Positions 1-22,135 of a stretch of DNA of 64,000 bases are shown piece by piece. Within the stretch, counting starts at the first letter, position 1; each line of letters starts with the position of its first letter. A program made the translations under genes and the position numbers. This DNA is from Octopus vulgaris (taxonomy: Eukaryota). The notes under the pieces were generated by a model that saw only the letters and a program-made list of their open reading frames with translations, searched no databases and was not told the origin of the DNA. The stretch is from contig OX597825.1 of assembly GCA_951406725.2 (NCBI GenBank), positions 42,718,001 to 42,782,000 of the forward strand, in the 5' to 3' direction.

Positions 1-2211
1 TTGTGACACTAGTCCTAGAGTGATAGCCTCCCTCACCATTGGCTGCAGAGGTGGTGTGTTGAGTTCTATTCCAGTATGAGCACAGAAAGTGGGCATGTCT
101 TGTACGCAGTAAAAATAGTAACCTAAACTGCACAGGCTGAGGAAGGGAACTGGAGAGGGAGCAATAACAGTAGAAAGTCCACAGGTAGGGATTTGAGGGA
201 AAAGGATAGGCACATGCATCTGCCCGGGTAACCTTGAAGAAGGAAAGAAGAGAGTGTGAAAGAGAGAGAAGAGAGCAGAGCATCTAAAAGGGGTAGGATA
301 ATGGTGGGGTCAGAAGTATGATGAGAAAATAATTGATAAATTATCAATTTTACATAATAGATGACATCAAGCTTTTTAAGGAAATTTCCTTGAAAAAACA
401 AAGATTCATTTTGTCAGCCTTGTTTTCATTTGATCATAGTATTCATGGTTCTTTTCTTATAAGGCAGTGTTTTATAGACAGATGCTTTTTATATTGATAA
501 GTCTTCTTAATCACTTTTTATGACACATGATACAAGGTACTTATTCTAAAACTGAGATAATGTTAGTTTCTGTTTTATAAAATAGTCTTAACCAGTTCTC
601 ATGTATCTTTCTACCAGGTTAACTTATCTTTCTCAGTTATTCCTATTCAATATTTGTTTTAAGCTGAAAGACCAATGCATTGAAATTGATTCAGACTTTT
701 ATCCTTCCGTGGTAGATAAAATAAGCATTTTATCTACTATTGAGGTTGATATAATTAATAATACATTCTCAAATATTTAAGACCTTGTATCCAACTTAGA
801 TAATATATTTTTTCTACTAATTATAATGGCTTTTTGTACTAGATAACTACAAATTATATTCATTAAAATAAAGTTTCCAATCTGTTTAATGTATAATTTC
901 TAATAATATTTCTAAGTAATTTTAAAATTAGATTATTATTGCTTGAAATTGATATCCGGAAGTTAGAATAGATGCAAGCTAAATAAAAATAGTTACTAAT
1001 GTTGTTGTTGTTATTGCTATTGTGTTTCTTTTAATTTTGTTTCTCTCATATATGTCTGACAGTTAATAAATAATCAAATTTATTAATCAAGCAGTAATTT
1101 TACAATATAAGTAAATAATTAACCTCACGATTTTGATATATGAGACAATACACTAATGATGTTTGTAAGAGTTTCAGTGATAATACTAAGAATATTGTAA
1201 GAATATTGGCGAGTAGCGTAGGCTAAGATTTGCCATTATTTGTGTTTGTACCAAATCCTGCTATTATCTCCAAACCATATAGACAACAAAGAAGTTGGAA
1301 ATCTGGTATTGTTTTGTAAAGGACAAGAAAAAATTGTTGAAAATAATTAGCACAATTCAGTAGTATTTCTGTAACTCCCATTTTGACATTGCCAAAACTT
1401 CTAGTTTTCCTTTATTTGTTAATGGGCATTGTTGTGCCACTATAAGAGACCAATATTTTGCCTTAATTCCACATGATGAAATCTGATTTTTATTACTTCA
1501 AATTGTTGAAACAACTAATGCGTGTTGCCTCAAATCAATCTTCAGAATCAGACAGCTCAAGAGTCTCCTTTAACCACTTTGATTGCAAGTCATTTAATAT
1601 CCTAATCACTAAGGTTGTATTAGTTTAGATTTTCTTTTAATTTTCAGACTAAAAACTTTTGAATATAGTGAATCAGTCTGCAGCTGCCTGATAATTTTTT
1701 CAATTTGCAATAAATGGCCCTTAATACTATTTGTACTCAACCTGTTTTGGTTATATATCTTTTTCAATAATACAAATATCTCTCTTTATTAAACAATCTG
1801 GCAAAACTTCCCTTAATAATCAGAAATCATACTATCTATAATTAGTCAAGATGGGAAATGGAACCTCTATTTCAAACTTAGCCCTTATAAAGATCTTTTG
1901 ATATTGAGTTAATACATTAACTGAGAATATTTCAAAGGTCATGAGCACTGACTCCCTTTCCTTCTGAGTCAACCTGGTGCAAAGAGGTTACTTAGAAAGT
2001 CTTACACCTTGCTAACTAGCATACAAATTCATATGAATATAAATCACTGGTTTTTCTAGCATTCAGTTTTTCATTGCATATCAAAACTAGAGTGCAAATA
2101 AAATAGTAGAGTTCTAGGCTGATACAAAATATAAATCATGACATATGTAAAAGAGAAGTTCAGTCATGATGCCCCTCACTGTTTGCAAATGCATTATTTC
2201 ATTGTATTGTA

Positions 2212-3156
2212 AAACATTTTTAAAATGAGCATCATAGAAGTGTATCATTTTATAAATGTTGTTTTCTTATGGATTTATTTGTCATACATTGTGAAACCAG
2301 GTGATAGAGTGGTAAAGATGCTGGTCTCTCAGCTAAATATTAGAATGTATATATCACTGCAGGCATACCATATTTTCAAGTGTATATATAAATCTTGCTA
2401 CATCTTAACTGAATTGGCTATGATTCTGTCTTTTGAATAAGAAAGGTGAGATATAGTAGGTAATTAAGTAAACATAACTCTATAAGAACTATACATGATT
2501 GATATTCAACTTCAGTTTTACTGCATCTTGCAAAATGCATAATGTATAATTGATTTTTGCCATTAATTAGATATAAAACAATCAACAGGCATAACCAATC
2601 ATTAATCTATCAGCAATCTGAAGACTATACACTACTCATGAAAACTTTCCAGCCAAAAGTATTTTGACTGTTTGAGCATAAACATCAGCAGTCTCACATT
2701 AATCTGTATGATATTGTTGAATTTAGGACCTTTAGGTTCTCATGCTGGTAGCCACGTGTTTATGTTTCTTGAGATATGAGTATGATTTCTATACTCTTCT
2801 ATTTTTGTGGGGACAAAGTACATAAGTATTATACTGATGTATTTTTCTATTCAAATTGATTTGTGATGTGTTGTATAGTATTTTGCTAAGGACCCTTGTT
2901 TTAAAATCATGGTGATCTTACAAGAAAGAATTGTACTTGCACAGCCAATATAACAGCTGAAATTCTGAGGTTGATTTGTTTGACTAAAACCCCTCATGGC
3001 AGTGCGCAGGCCTGGCTGCAGCCAAATGACTGAAACAAGACTGTATATATATATATAAACATTTTTAAAATGAGCATCATAGAAGTGTATCATTTTATAA
3101 ATTTTGCTTTCTTATGGATTTATTTGTCATACATTGTGAAACCAGGTGACAGAGTG
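2212..3156 (+). repeat. ~100-bp local direct duplication (2212-2310 copied at 3057-3156)
   Basis: aaacatttttaaaatgagcatcatagaagtgtatc...gtgaaaccaggtga(t/c)agagtg occurs twice with a few substitutions; the second copy abuts the HHR element at 3155. Confidence 0.85.
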
Positions 3157-3820
3157 TCTTGCCTGCCTATGTTCTGGTGTTCGCTGAATTTTCTCTGGAG
3201 AACATTCTTTCTTTGTAGTTAGATCGTATGTGATCTACTTCTAGCATATGGCTGTCCACATAGTGGTTTTTTAGCCCTAAATATACACATGTATTGGAAT
3301 TTTCTCTGAATTTTCAGATTTTTATATGCTAGGCTACTGGTTTTAAATTGATATTAATTAAATTAATATTCAATTTATCTCCCTCATTATTTAAATGTTA
3401 AAATAATTATGTTTTCTAATAGGCAGCATTAACTGCAGTAAATTATTTACTGCAGAATTGTTTCTGGAATTTAGTGTGCCAGAACTCAGACATTTGAAAC
3501 TAACCCCAAGGTAATCTGTAGAACTAAGCACGTGTCTGGTCTTATACAGTAAACTAGTGGTTAGTTTTACAAATTATATTGTTTTTGGAACGATCGTGCT
3601 GATGAATCTACGGACGAAGGATTACGTAAGTAATTTATTTGGTAATAGACAAAACCGGTATATGATTAATTCTTGATTTTTGTATAATTTTCATCTGTCT
3701 TGCCCGCCTATGTTCTGGTGTTCGCTGAATTTTCTCTGGAGAACATTCTTTCTTTGTAGTTAGATTGTATGTAATCTACTTCTAGCATATGGCTGTCCAC
3801 ATAGTGGTTTTTTAGCCCTA
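3155..3820 (+). mobile_element. Non-coding HHR-bearing retroelement (Penelope pLTR/retrozyme-like), ~1.2 monomers of 541 bp
   Basis: Direct terminal repeat 3155-3279 = 3696-3820 (period 541); internal HHR; alignable by eye to 29572-30118; ends in TA-rich repeat. Confidence 0.75.
3593..3666 (+). ncRNA. Type I hammerhead ribozyme motif, degenerate (GAAA>AAAA)
   Basis: Stem I atcgtg/tatgat, CTGATGA, stem II (a)tcta/taga(c), aAAA, palindromic stem III accggt, cleavage triplet GTA. Confidence 0.7.
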
Positions 3821-5134
3821 CATATATACATGTATATATATATATATATATGTACACTCATAAAAATATGTATATACATAAATGTGTTTGAGTGTGTGTG
3901 TGTGTGTGTGTATAAATGCAATCCAGGGATATAAGAGTGGGAAGTAGTGAGTGGCAGGTGTAGAGAACAAAAAGTGAACTGTATATGATAAAAAATAAAA
4001 AATTTTTGTCATCAAGAATTTCACACTTTTTCTCATGTCAAAGTTGCAAGGAAATTCAATAATCTGATAGTTTCTATATAGCTTACAGTTAGCAACAAGA
4101 ACTGCTAAAAATGCGAATAAAAATCCAAATTGAGGGAGTGGAACAGTTAAAATGCCTGCAGCATAGCTCTCTTTGCTATTAGCTGGCTGAAGATCATGAT
4201 GTTATTGTTATACAATGCGCTATGCTTAATGTAGCTAATCATCAGGCTGAGATTATGTTAATGAAATGAAGGTGACATTGATGCCCAGAATTTTAAAGTC
4301 AGCCATACCATAGTGGTGAGTTTAACTGAATAGAAAAGCCAGCAGGAAAAAAATAAAAAAGAAACAAGAAGTAGATTAAGAGAAACAATGAGCAATAAAG
4401 CAAAGGGTAAGACTGAAATGGTGTGATTTATAGTAGCATACAAGACACCAGTACACTGATGTAAACTCTGTCATCTCTTGAATGGAAGTTTATGACTACA
4501 ATACTTTCCCCTTGATAGCAATCCTCTTTTTTCTTACCTCTTTCCTTCTTTTTATCCTTTTCTTCCAACTCCTCAACTCTAAGTCACACCCACTCTTGCA
4601 TAGTGCTCAATGGTTCTCCTAACCTACTTCTTGATTTTTGTTTTTTCTTTATTTTTTACCAATGGATTTTCTATTCAGTTGAACTCAGCACTAAGATGTG
4701 ACTGACAGAAATTCCAAGCAACAATGTAATATTCACTTCATTAAGGCAGTCTCAGCCTGATTAGCTACATTGAGCATAGCCCATTGCATAGCAATTACAT
4801 TACAAGCTACTAACATATGTTGCATGCATTTTACCTGCCCTTTCCCTCATTTTGGATTTATATATATATACAAAAAACATCTGTGAAGTGATTATTTTTT
4901 TAATAAAAAATCACGACAATGTAGTCTTAGTCAAAACAAATTGCTTGTCTTTAGGCTTTTCAACTACACAAGTGGTTTACGTATGTTATATTGATAAAGG
5001 TCTTACTATAGAGCTGTTTCTATTGCATGATCCAAGATTCAAATTTTACTCTGCTTACATGCAGACCACATGTGTATAATTCAGAAATATGTAAGCATAT
5101 ATGTATATTTATATTGCATATAAATTTGTGTGTG

Positions 5135-5177
<43 letters not shown>

Positions 5178-6114
5178 ATAATAATAACAAGAATGGAGAA
5201 AATCGTATTTTTGATTGCTTCTTTTGTGTCAGCATATTTAGATACAGAAAAAGGTATATGTAGTAAATGCATTTGGGATTTTAAAAGATAGGAAAATTAA
5301 CTATGATATAAAGTGGTCCATACTGGTTAATTTTAAATGTGATCTTTGCTTTGAGGAAATGTATTACATAATTACTTCTAAATTAGTATTATTGAATTGT
5401 AGAAATAATTTTACATTAAAATGTTCTCATAAATATAGAAAAGCTTTTAAATATTTCTACAGTAAATAATCCATGAAATGCTTTTTCCATAATCTAATAT
5501 GTATAAGTTTTCTTTAAAACCATTTTAAAACAAATTTAATTGACAGATAACTAATGGTCGTGATGTAGAATTTCTATATTTCTAATTGTTATGATGTAGA
5601 ATTTGTGTTATTTTTTATTCTTTCATTATCTACTGAAATTGTCTAAAGTTAAATACTAAATTGGCTTTTCTTAGAATATTGAGTTTCTTCTTAACATTTT
5701 CTTTGTATGAGTTTGTCTATTAGAGATATTTTCTTAGTACACTTTCAGTTTTGCCCATTTTGACTTGCCTTGACGATGTTGTTAGCATATATTTTTGGAT
5801 ATATTTATTAGAGTGGTATTTTATACCTTTTTCTGTATCTAAATATGCTAGTACAATAGAAATTAATTTTCGTAATGTATGGTGTAATGTCTCCATTCTT
5901 GTTCATGTTGTTAGTTAATCCAGATTTTTTAAAATTTTTCTTAGCAATCTTTGGATCTACTTGTCATACATGAAAAATTAGTTTGAACGTTAATTTTCCT
6001 TGAATTTATTGGTATCTGATTGTTTGATAAAGTTAACCAAATTTATTTATCACTGAGTGCTTTATAGATATCTGCATGGATTTATTAGTTGCTTTTACTT
6101 CTTACATACACACA

Positions 6115-6730
6115 CATCATCCTCATCATCATCTTTTAACGTCTGTTGCCCATGCTGGCATGGGTTGGACAGTTTGACCAGGGCTGGTAAGCTGAAGGGC
6201 TGCACCAGACTCCAGTTTGATTTGGCATGGTTTCTATGGCTGGATGCTCTTCCTAATGCCCACCACTCTGAGAGTGTAATGAGTGCTTTTACATGCCACC
6301 AGCACGGGTGCTAGTTGCATGACACCAGTATCCACCACGACTATAATTTCACTTGATGTGATGGGTCCTCTTCTCAAGCAAGGCGTATTGCATAAGATCT
6401 TGGTCATTTGTCATTGCTTCTGTGAGGTCCAGTGCTTGAAAGGTGCTTTTTACATGCCGCTGGCACCAGCCACATTACCGCAATGAGGTCCGGCGCTCAA
6501 CAGGTGCTTTTTATATGCCACCAGCATAGCTACCAAGTATGAAACACCAGCATCAGCCACACCACATCGTCTCCGTGAGTCACAATGCTCAAAAGGTGCT
6601 TTTTATGTGCCACCAGCATGAATGCCAATTATGTGAGACTGGCATTGGCCACAACTACGATTTCATTTAGCTTGATGGGCTTTCTCAAGCACAGCATATT
6701 GCCAGAGGTCTGTGAGGCTCAATGTTCGAA
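6115..6730 (-). mobile_element. 3' UTR/tail fragment of RTE-associated repeat with (GAT)n tail
   Basis: Repeated ggtgcttttta(c/t)(a/g)tgcca units match 22290-22680 and, on the opposite strand, 56220-56410 (3' part of RTE copies); (cat)n tract at 6115-6133. Confidence 0.6.
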
Positions 6731-6847
6731 GACCAGTATATATGTATTTATAATCTATGCTTCTATACATATACAGTTGTGTGTAAATATATTTAAATTT
6801 GTATACATATATATTTGTGTGTGTATGTGTGTGCATACATATCAATA

Positions 6848-9800
6848 TCTATAAATCTGAAATGCGAAAAGTTTGTTTGTCTGGTTTTGGAATTGAAAGC
6901 TCATTCTTTTAATAAAAAAAGGCCAGGTTTTTGGGCCTGTTAACTGCCACATGTATACTGTTGAGTGGCAGAAAAGAGGGTTGCCACACGCGCACATTTT
7001 GCTTTGGTTGGTCAACAAAATAGACCCAACAGTTCTTGATGATCTCATTGCAGCAGAAATTCCGGACCCAACTGTTGACCGTCAGCTGTACGACATTGTG
7101 AAGGCACACATGGTTCACGGTCCGTGCGGTCCTGGTTTTCAAAAGTTCTCCTCATGCCACAAAGACCACGTGTGCACTAAACGGTACCCAAAGAGGTTCG
7201 TGGACGAGACCCAGACCGGCCGCGACGGATACCCACTGTACAGAAGAAGGCACCCTGACAATGGTGGATTCACTATAACGTTACGGGGTCATCAAGTGGA
7301 TAATAGGTGGGTAGTGCCGTACTGTCCATTTCTGATGAAAACTTTTAACGCTCACATAAATGTGGAGTTCTGTCATTCAGTCAAGTCTATAAAGTATATA
7401 TGTAAATATGTTAACAAGGGTTCTGACGCTGCCATGTTTGGCCTTCAAAAGGACAATAGCATGGACGAGGTGTCACAGTACATGGCAGGTCGGTACATAA
7501 GCAGTGGTGAAGCTTTTTGGCGGATATTCGGGTTTCCACTTCACCAAAGGCACCCCGCCATCATACAACTAGCGGTTCATTTGGAAAATGGCCAACGAAC
7601 TTACTTTACTGAACAGACTGCAGCTGATTTGGCGGCAAATCCAAAACAAACAACTTTGACCGGTTTCTTTAGGCTTTGCCAACTTGACACATTTGCTAAA
7701 ACACTTTTATACCCTCAGGTCCCGTCCTACTACGTGTGGTCAAACAACAATTGGGTGCGTAGGAAGTCGGGTCAGGATGTTGAAGGACATCCTGGTGTCA
7801 AGTTTAACAGTTGTTTAGGAAGAGTCTACACTGTACCTCCAAACCAACATGACTGTTTTCACCTGCGCCTTCTCCTCCATGAGGTTTTAGGCCCACAAAG
7901 TTTTCAAGACATCAGAACTGTTGATGGTGTATTATGTGATACTTTCCGTGAAGCATGTTTTCGGCGTCGACTTTTGTAGGATGATTCACAATGGGGCGCC
8001 ACTATGGCAGAAGGTGTTTCATTAAAATCTCCTAAAAAAATCAGATCGCTTTTCGCTATTCTATTACTATGGTGTGACTTGGCTAATCCCGCCTCTTTAT
8101 GGCTTACCTACAAAGATGATATGTCTGAAGATTTCCTGCGTCACGCTCAATCGCTACATCCATCAATGGAGGTCGGGTACACTGACCTCATTTACAACAG
8201 GGCGCTGCTTGAAATCGAAGATACTGTACTCGATATGGGCGGTAGTGCCTTGCCGGTCTATGGCCTACCTTCAACAAACCGGGAAGGCACAAACACTCTG
8301 TCTTCACATTTGCTGCGTGAGACATGTTTTAATGTTGACGAGCTTGCCGAGTACATAGCCGACAATGAGCCAAAGCTCATTCCAGAACAGAAGTTCGCTT
8401 ACAACTCCGTTGTTAATTCAGTCCGGGCCAAAGCTGGGGACATTTTTTCCTGGACGCTCCTGGGAGCACTGGGAAAACTTTGGCAACAAATTAATATTGG
8501 CTGAGATTAGGCGAACACAAGGCATTGCCCTAGCTGTGGCATCATCTGGAATTGCGGCTACTTTGTTGTCAGGCGGCAGGACAGCTCACTCCACTTTCAA
8601 ACTCCCACTTGACTTAGCGAAGACTGAGACACCAACTTGCAACATCAGTAACAGCTCCGATCAGGCAGAAGTCTTCAGACGATGCAAGCTTATCGTTTGG
8701 GATGAATGCACGATGGCCCACAGAGGTGCTCTTGAGGCACTAGATAGATCTCTCAGAGACATCAAACACTCTTCAGCTCCCATGGGAGGCATAACACTTC
8801 TTCTTTCAGGGGACTTCCGACAAACACTTCCCGTTATTCCCAAAGGGACTAGAGCTGATGCAGTAAGTGCGTGTCTTAAGTCATCCACATTGTGGCCACT
8901 GGTGAAGACTCTCAAACTTCACACCAATATGCGTGCTCATATGCGACGTGATATCACATCAGCAGCATTTTCTCACACCCTCCTTGCACTTGGCGAAGGC
9001 AAAATACCAGGGGATGAAAATGGTAATATTGCCATCAATTCCATTTGTACCATTGTTAACACGCCTTCTGATCTCAGAGATGCAGTCTTCCCAGATCTAC
9101 AAGCTAATTATCAGAATATGGATTGGATTGGCCAAAGGGCTATTCTGGCCCCGAGGAATAAAACTGTTCACCATATTAATGATGAAATGCTAAAACGCAT
9201 TCCTGGGGATGTCTATGTATATAAGTCTATTGATACAACTCCTGACCCAGACGACGTCATCAATTATCCAATAGAGGTACTCAATTCCTTTGAGCCCCCG
9301 GACTACCACCACACATTCTCAAACTTAAAGTTGGTGCCCCTATAATGCTCATTAGAAATTTGGTTATCCCAAAACAATGTAATGGCACACGTTTGATCGT
9401 TAAGTCCTTATCTCCCAATCTGATTGAGGCCACCATTATCACAGGGTGCGGTCGGTCGAGGCAACGTTGTGCTCATACCTAGGATGCTTCTTTTCCCATC
9501 AGGAGCAGACCTACCTTTCATATTTCGGAGGTCCCAGTTCCCAGTAAGGCCATGTTTCGCAATGTCAATTAACAAAGCGCAGGGTCAAACACTGTCTGTG
9601 GCAGGAATACATTTGGGAGAGCCATGTTTCTCTCATGGTCAGCTTTATGTTGGCTGCTCGCGTGTCGGCAGCAACAGTGATGCTTTCGCATTCGTTCCAC
9701 AACGAAAAACAAAAAACATTGTGTACAAGGAGGTTCTATAGGATTACTACGTTTCATCATTTTCAAACACGTTAGTATTTCACTTACATACGACTCTTTT

Positions 9801-10580
9801 ATGATGGCATTTACATTTCTAGGCGTTTCATAACATTAATTCACACTTAACCAACACCTGTCCTTCGCACAACTCTATTTCTATCCATTCATCATCAAAC
9901 CACCAGCCTCATCTTCTATATCCAACGTACATGACACATCTACCCGCTACATCTACACTCTCATTGCTAAAGTTTACATAAGCGACAACACGATCGCAAC
10001 ATACACTTTCGAAACTAATCAACAGATCATTTTATACAACAACAAATTTAATCAAAACGCCCATCAATGAAAACATCTCCACCACTGTATTGTGATTCAC
10101 CTAATCAACACCATTACAGTCTTGCCGGTCTGACATATGGTGAGTAGATGCTATTATTCTATATTTTATAAATTACACATATTTACTTACCCATGCTTCA
10201 TTCCTCTCTTGCCTACATATGAAATCCACTCTCTTTTAACACAGCATCAAGTTTTGTAACAGCACATCCGCTGCCGTTCGTGCAAAACGAAGAGACCCTA
10301 TTCACCTGCGAACGTTTTACATCGACTTCCACGAATATCAAATTCTTACAATTATGAGAACAATAACATGGCTCTTTTCAAGGCAACCTCACATTCAATT
10401 CTTACACCATTCTACGACGGGGTAGGAACACCTTTACACGGCTTTCTATACACTTACAAATACATTCATTCGCCGTGAACTTATATCAATATTTGCCTGA
10501 ATAATCATCATAATTCAGTGCAATTATTAACAGTACTTTCAAGCAATTCAGCCCCGAGCAACGCCGGGCAATTCTGCTAG
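6848..10580 (+). mobile_element. Helitron, internally deleted, with both termini
   Basis: A|TCTATAAAT 5' end at 6848; subterminal hairpin cccgagcaacgccggg and CTAG|T at 10577-10581; Rep/Helicase coding inside. Confidence 0.9.
6895..9741 (+). pseudogene. Helitron RepHel (HUH Rep + PIF1-like SF1 helicase), disrupted
   Basis: HUH motif YTVEWQKRGLPHAHIL, KYICKY tyrosine motif, Walker A LDAPGSTGKT, Walker B IVWDE, GDFRQTLPV, FAMSINKAQGQT, HGQLYVGCSRV. In-frame stop at 7977-7979, several frameshifts, Rep motif 1 missing. Confidence 0.92.
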
Positions 10581-18073
<7,493 letters not shown>

Positions 18074-18075
<2 letters not shown>

Positions 18076-18801
18076 GTGTGCATTACGTGGTCGGTTGAGC
18101 TGAAATTATGCACAACCATGTTCAAAGTGCTGACGACTTTGCGTGGCAACTATTTTTTTCCTCAAATGAAAGGCGTGACCTCTAGGACAAAATTCCTCAT
18201 CTTATAAAATGTGGCCCGAGTAGACCCGAATGAAATCGGGTTATATTAACCAAAATATGATAAGGGGTCTAAATGTGGGCTGGAAGGGGATTAAAATTTA
18301 CAGGAGCGGGTGTTTTTACATCAAGTTCAAAATTTTACGCCAGCCGTTAAACTGCCACTACATTGCTGTCCGTCGTTAAGAAATGCCAGCCATGGTGACT
18401 CTACTATCCTCAGATTCTATCCCTTCAAACTTTGGTTTCCAATATTTTTTATTTTTATTCAGCTCGAAGGTTCGTCTGTTCCTTTTAAATGTTAGTGTTT
18501 TGCTGTCTGCCTTGAAGTAGACCTTTCCGTTTTCACTGCCTGATATTTCAAAATATTTCATTTCTCAACTTACTCAAGATTTTTTCTTGTTTATAAATCG
18601 GAGATAGACAGATAAAGAAAGATAGAGAGTAAGAGAAAGCGAGGGAGAGTCCGAGAGAAAGGAAGAGTAAGAGAGTGGGAAAGTGAGAGAGAAAGGAGAG
18701 AGAAACAAAAAGGAGAATGTGGTGATAAAAAGCAGAAAGGGAGCAACAGAAAGTAACAACCACACTCTTACCCTCGCGTAGAGCGGGTCACCTTAAGCTA
18801 G
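18074..18801 (+). mobile_element. Non-autonomous Helitron-like element
   Basis: 3' hairpin acc-ctcgc-gtaga-gcgggt then CTAG|T at 18798-18802; 5' end merges into (TA)n. Confidence 0.55.
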
Positions 18802-19549
18802 TTATATACATATTTCTATTTACATATGCACACACACACACACACACTCACACATACATACACGCACACACATATGCTGTATCTCGATTAATTTATATGA
18901 AGTTAAAATCTGAATGTTGACTTCTAAATTTGTGATTTAGTTATTTCTTCCATTCTTTTATAATTTGCTATTCTTTACTGTTTATGCATGTAAACTTATG
19001 GAAATAAAACATGCCATATTTTCAATTGCCAATTTTCGCAAACTTGCCAAACTAATTCATATTTTTTAGTAAGCCATTAAAATTTAACAATGTTTCTTTT
19101 AGACTTCTTGATATATCTCAAATAATTGTAACTATGGAAACGTGAATGTGCTGACGGTGAAAATTGTTTCCATAAGGATTTCATTATCTTTTCACCTGTC
19201 AGCAGTAAAATTTCTTTTTGATGATGAAGTTATTTGTTACTTGAGAAGAATTTCAGAATTATTGTGTGCTGTATTTTAGGACGCAATAACAATGTTGAAC
19301 TGAATATTTTATGCTATCCTAGTCTCATGAAGAAGCAAAATGTTTAAACTATATATCATGTGATGATTATAGTATCAGACATTTATATTTCTAGGCTGTA
19401 CAATATATTCTACATCACCATAGCTTACCCCATGTTTGTAAACAATAACCACTTCTTTAGGGAAAGCCTGACATTTTTCCCACTTAGTAATTAATTATAT
19501 TATCTCCCGATTACATATGAGTGGTAACACACACACACACGTATATATA

Positions 19550-19697
19550 TTCTTTATTTGTGAATTAAGGCTGCCATTGGTTTCATGTTAAGAAAAGTAG
19601 GAAATATCCTAGTGTCTTAACAATTTTAAAACACTAGAATCTTTTCGTACTTTTCTCAACATGAAACCAATAGTAGCCTTAATTCACAAATAAAGAA
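19550..19697. repeat. Imperfect ~150-bp fold-back palindrome
   Basis: ttctttatttgtgaattaaggct...agccttaattcacaaataaagaa arms. Confidence 0.85.
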
Positions 19698-19919
19698 ATT
19701 ATAGATTCACCAATGTGGTGTTGAGCACTCATTCCATCATTCGACATTTACATATATATATATATATTTATATGTATAGTAGATGAGTTCAGCAAAAATT
19801 TAGATTCAGATGAATACGGTACGTAAGTTGAGGCACCAGAATTTAGTACGGTATTATCCATACAATTTCAAAGTAATGTGATTAAAATCAAAATAAGCAG
19901 CAAGGATATCCAGAGGAAA

Positions 19920-20006
19920 CGCAGTACGATTGTTTCATGCAATTCCATTTAATTGAACAATGCAATCATTACATCAATTTAAAATGTAGAGCAATCCTCA
20001 GCTGCA
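19920..20006 (-). ncRNA. Type I hammerhead ribozyme motif
   Basis: Minus strand: stem I tgcag/ctgcg, CTGAGGA, stem II (t)tgc/gca(t), GAAA, stem III acaatcgt (one change from the palindrome acgatcgt), GTA. Confidence 0.7.
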
Positions 20007-21933
20007 CCAAGACATAGAATTTAATTAAATTAGAACAGATGGACACATTAGTATAATTATACCTAAAACTTCCAAGAAGTTAAGGAGGTAGACAAAGAAC
20101 ATGCTGTCTCCACTCCAGCATAGAAGTTACTAAGTTATCAAGAAGATATATATTGTTACAGACTCTGCCTTTAACTGAGTTTTTATGAGGTCAGTTTTAA
20201 TTTATAGACTAGTTTATCAAATCCTTGTACATCTGAGGCTGAGAGAACAAAGGGCAGTATCTGAATAACCCTAAACTTTAACTGTATACAATATAGCAGC
20301 ATTGTTTAAAGTATTTAACTATAGAACAACATGATAAGACTTCCCCTGTTTCATTATCAATGGCCTGCTAGTGAGTGACCCCCTCAATTGTCAGCTAACA
20401 TCTTCTTTTAAGTTTTCATTTACCAAACCTCATGATATTGCTTCTGATAAATCTTGATTTTTATGACTATACCAACTATGATTTTTGTCTTCTCCCTCCC
20501 CCTCTCTCTCCTTCTCTAAGCTGAGAGATTTCACATTGATAAATAACATTCCGCTTTATGCAGTTTTTCCGAACTTATATACACTTTTACATCTACAATT
20601 GCTTCTTATTGAGTCATTTTTCATATTTCAGTCCCCTTTCTCTGCACCTTTATTTTTGCTGTTCGAATGCATGTTTTGGATGCTACGTGAGTCATTTTTG
20701 TTGATTGCTCCTCATCCCACCTCGTTTCATTTTATGTTTTTGTCTATTCTAGTTTCTGAATTTTCCATTTACTAAGTACTAGCATCTACATTTATGTTCT
20801 GTTTTCTATAGTAATTATCATTCATCCCTCTATTTATTTTCTCCCAATTTACTATATTTTCACCTGTGCTATTCCAGTTTTATTTCATTCAGTTTTTTGT
20901 TATTTAGTTTATGCATATAATATTCTAGGTTATGTAAGGTTGTGTATGCTAATTATACCTTGTGTCTGTTAAATATGTTGTAGTACCTACTTGACCAAAG
21001 AAAATGTCTATTTAATGCAGCAAAGAATTGAAGAAACCCTCCTGAAAAACACCAAATAATCCAGGATAATATCTGAAACAACTACTTGGACAGGCTTGTG
21101 AACATGAGCAAACAAAAAAGATCTATAATATAGAATAATGTTATTATAAATGTATATGAACATAATGGATTGTAATATATTATCTAAAATATAGTTTGAA
21201 CAAAAGAAATGATAGAGTTGAATTGATGAGAGTAATGAAAAGAGGGATTGTCAGTAAATAGAATACAAGAACTGTGAACATATAGTACACCTCTTTAAGA
21301 AAACAGTGCCTAGCGGCACAGCAAGAGGCAGTTAAGCATAGTTAATTACACTGCTCTTAATGTGAACTTTGTCCTCTTTGGCATCTTCGTATATTGTCCT
21401 GAAACTGATAATGTCAAAAGGAACATTTGTTTTTTATCATTTACACGTTTGTCTAATCATTAGGGAAACACATGGGATGAGAAGGGGTTCTGAATCCCTC
21501 AGTCAAATCTAATGTATTCTTTCATGATATTTTCTTTCTTCTTTCTTCCTTTTGGTCCTTTGGGATGACCTACAAGCAACAACCAATGTCATTCTCTTTT
21601 CTTCTCCTTTTCTCATTTGTCCCTATATATCTCTCTTTAATAAGTTGTGATGTTTCACAAGCACCACCCAAAAATCTAATGGAGCTTTCTGATTAGTGTA
21701 AATGGTAAAAGTCTTTGAATGCTAGCAAAAACCCATTAATGTCAAATGCCTGATGAAGCATATGCATGGAATAGTGACACACACAAGATCCATAGATATT
21801 ATAAATAATATTTACTGACATCCTATGGTTATAAGAATATCCTAACAAATGAAGATGTGGTATGCAGAAACATATCACAATACATTAATAAAGTACAAAA
21901 ATTTCTATCAACAAGTCATTTTCATTATTACTA

Positions 21934-22135
21934 TATGTATGTATGTATGTATGTATGTATATGCATCCATGCATGTATGTATGTATGTATGTATGTATGT
22001 ATGTATGTATGTATGTATGTATGTATGTACGGATGTATGTATGCATGCATGTATGTATGCATGTATGCATGCATGTATGTATGTATGCATGTATGTATGC
22101 ATGTATGTATGTAAGTATGTATGTACTTACATATG
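21934..22135. repeat. (TATG)n/(CATG) tetranucleotide microsatellite
   Basis: Direct reading. Confidence 0.95.

Noticed and set aside
430-6050. Possible ancient minus-strand Penelope remnants (~430-960, ~5380-6050) and a TCNQKW Helitron-like patch (~1570-1590)
   Set aside because: Only isolated, weak peptide resemblances; not supportable without a profile search.
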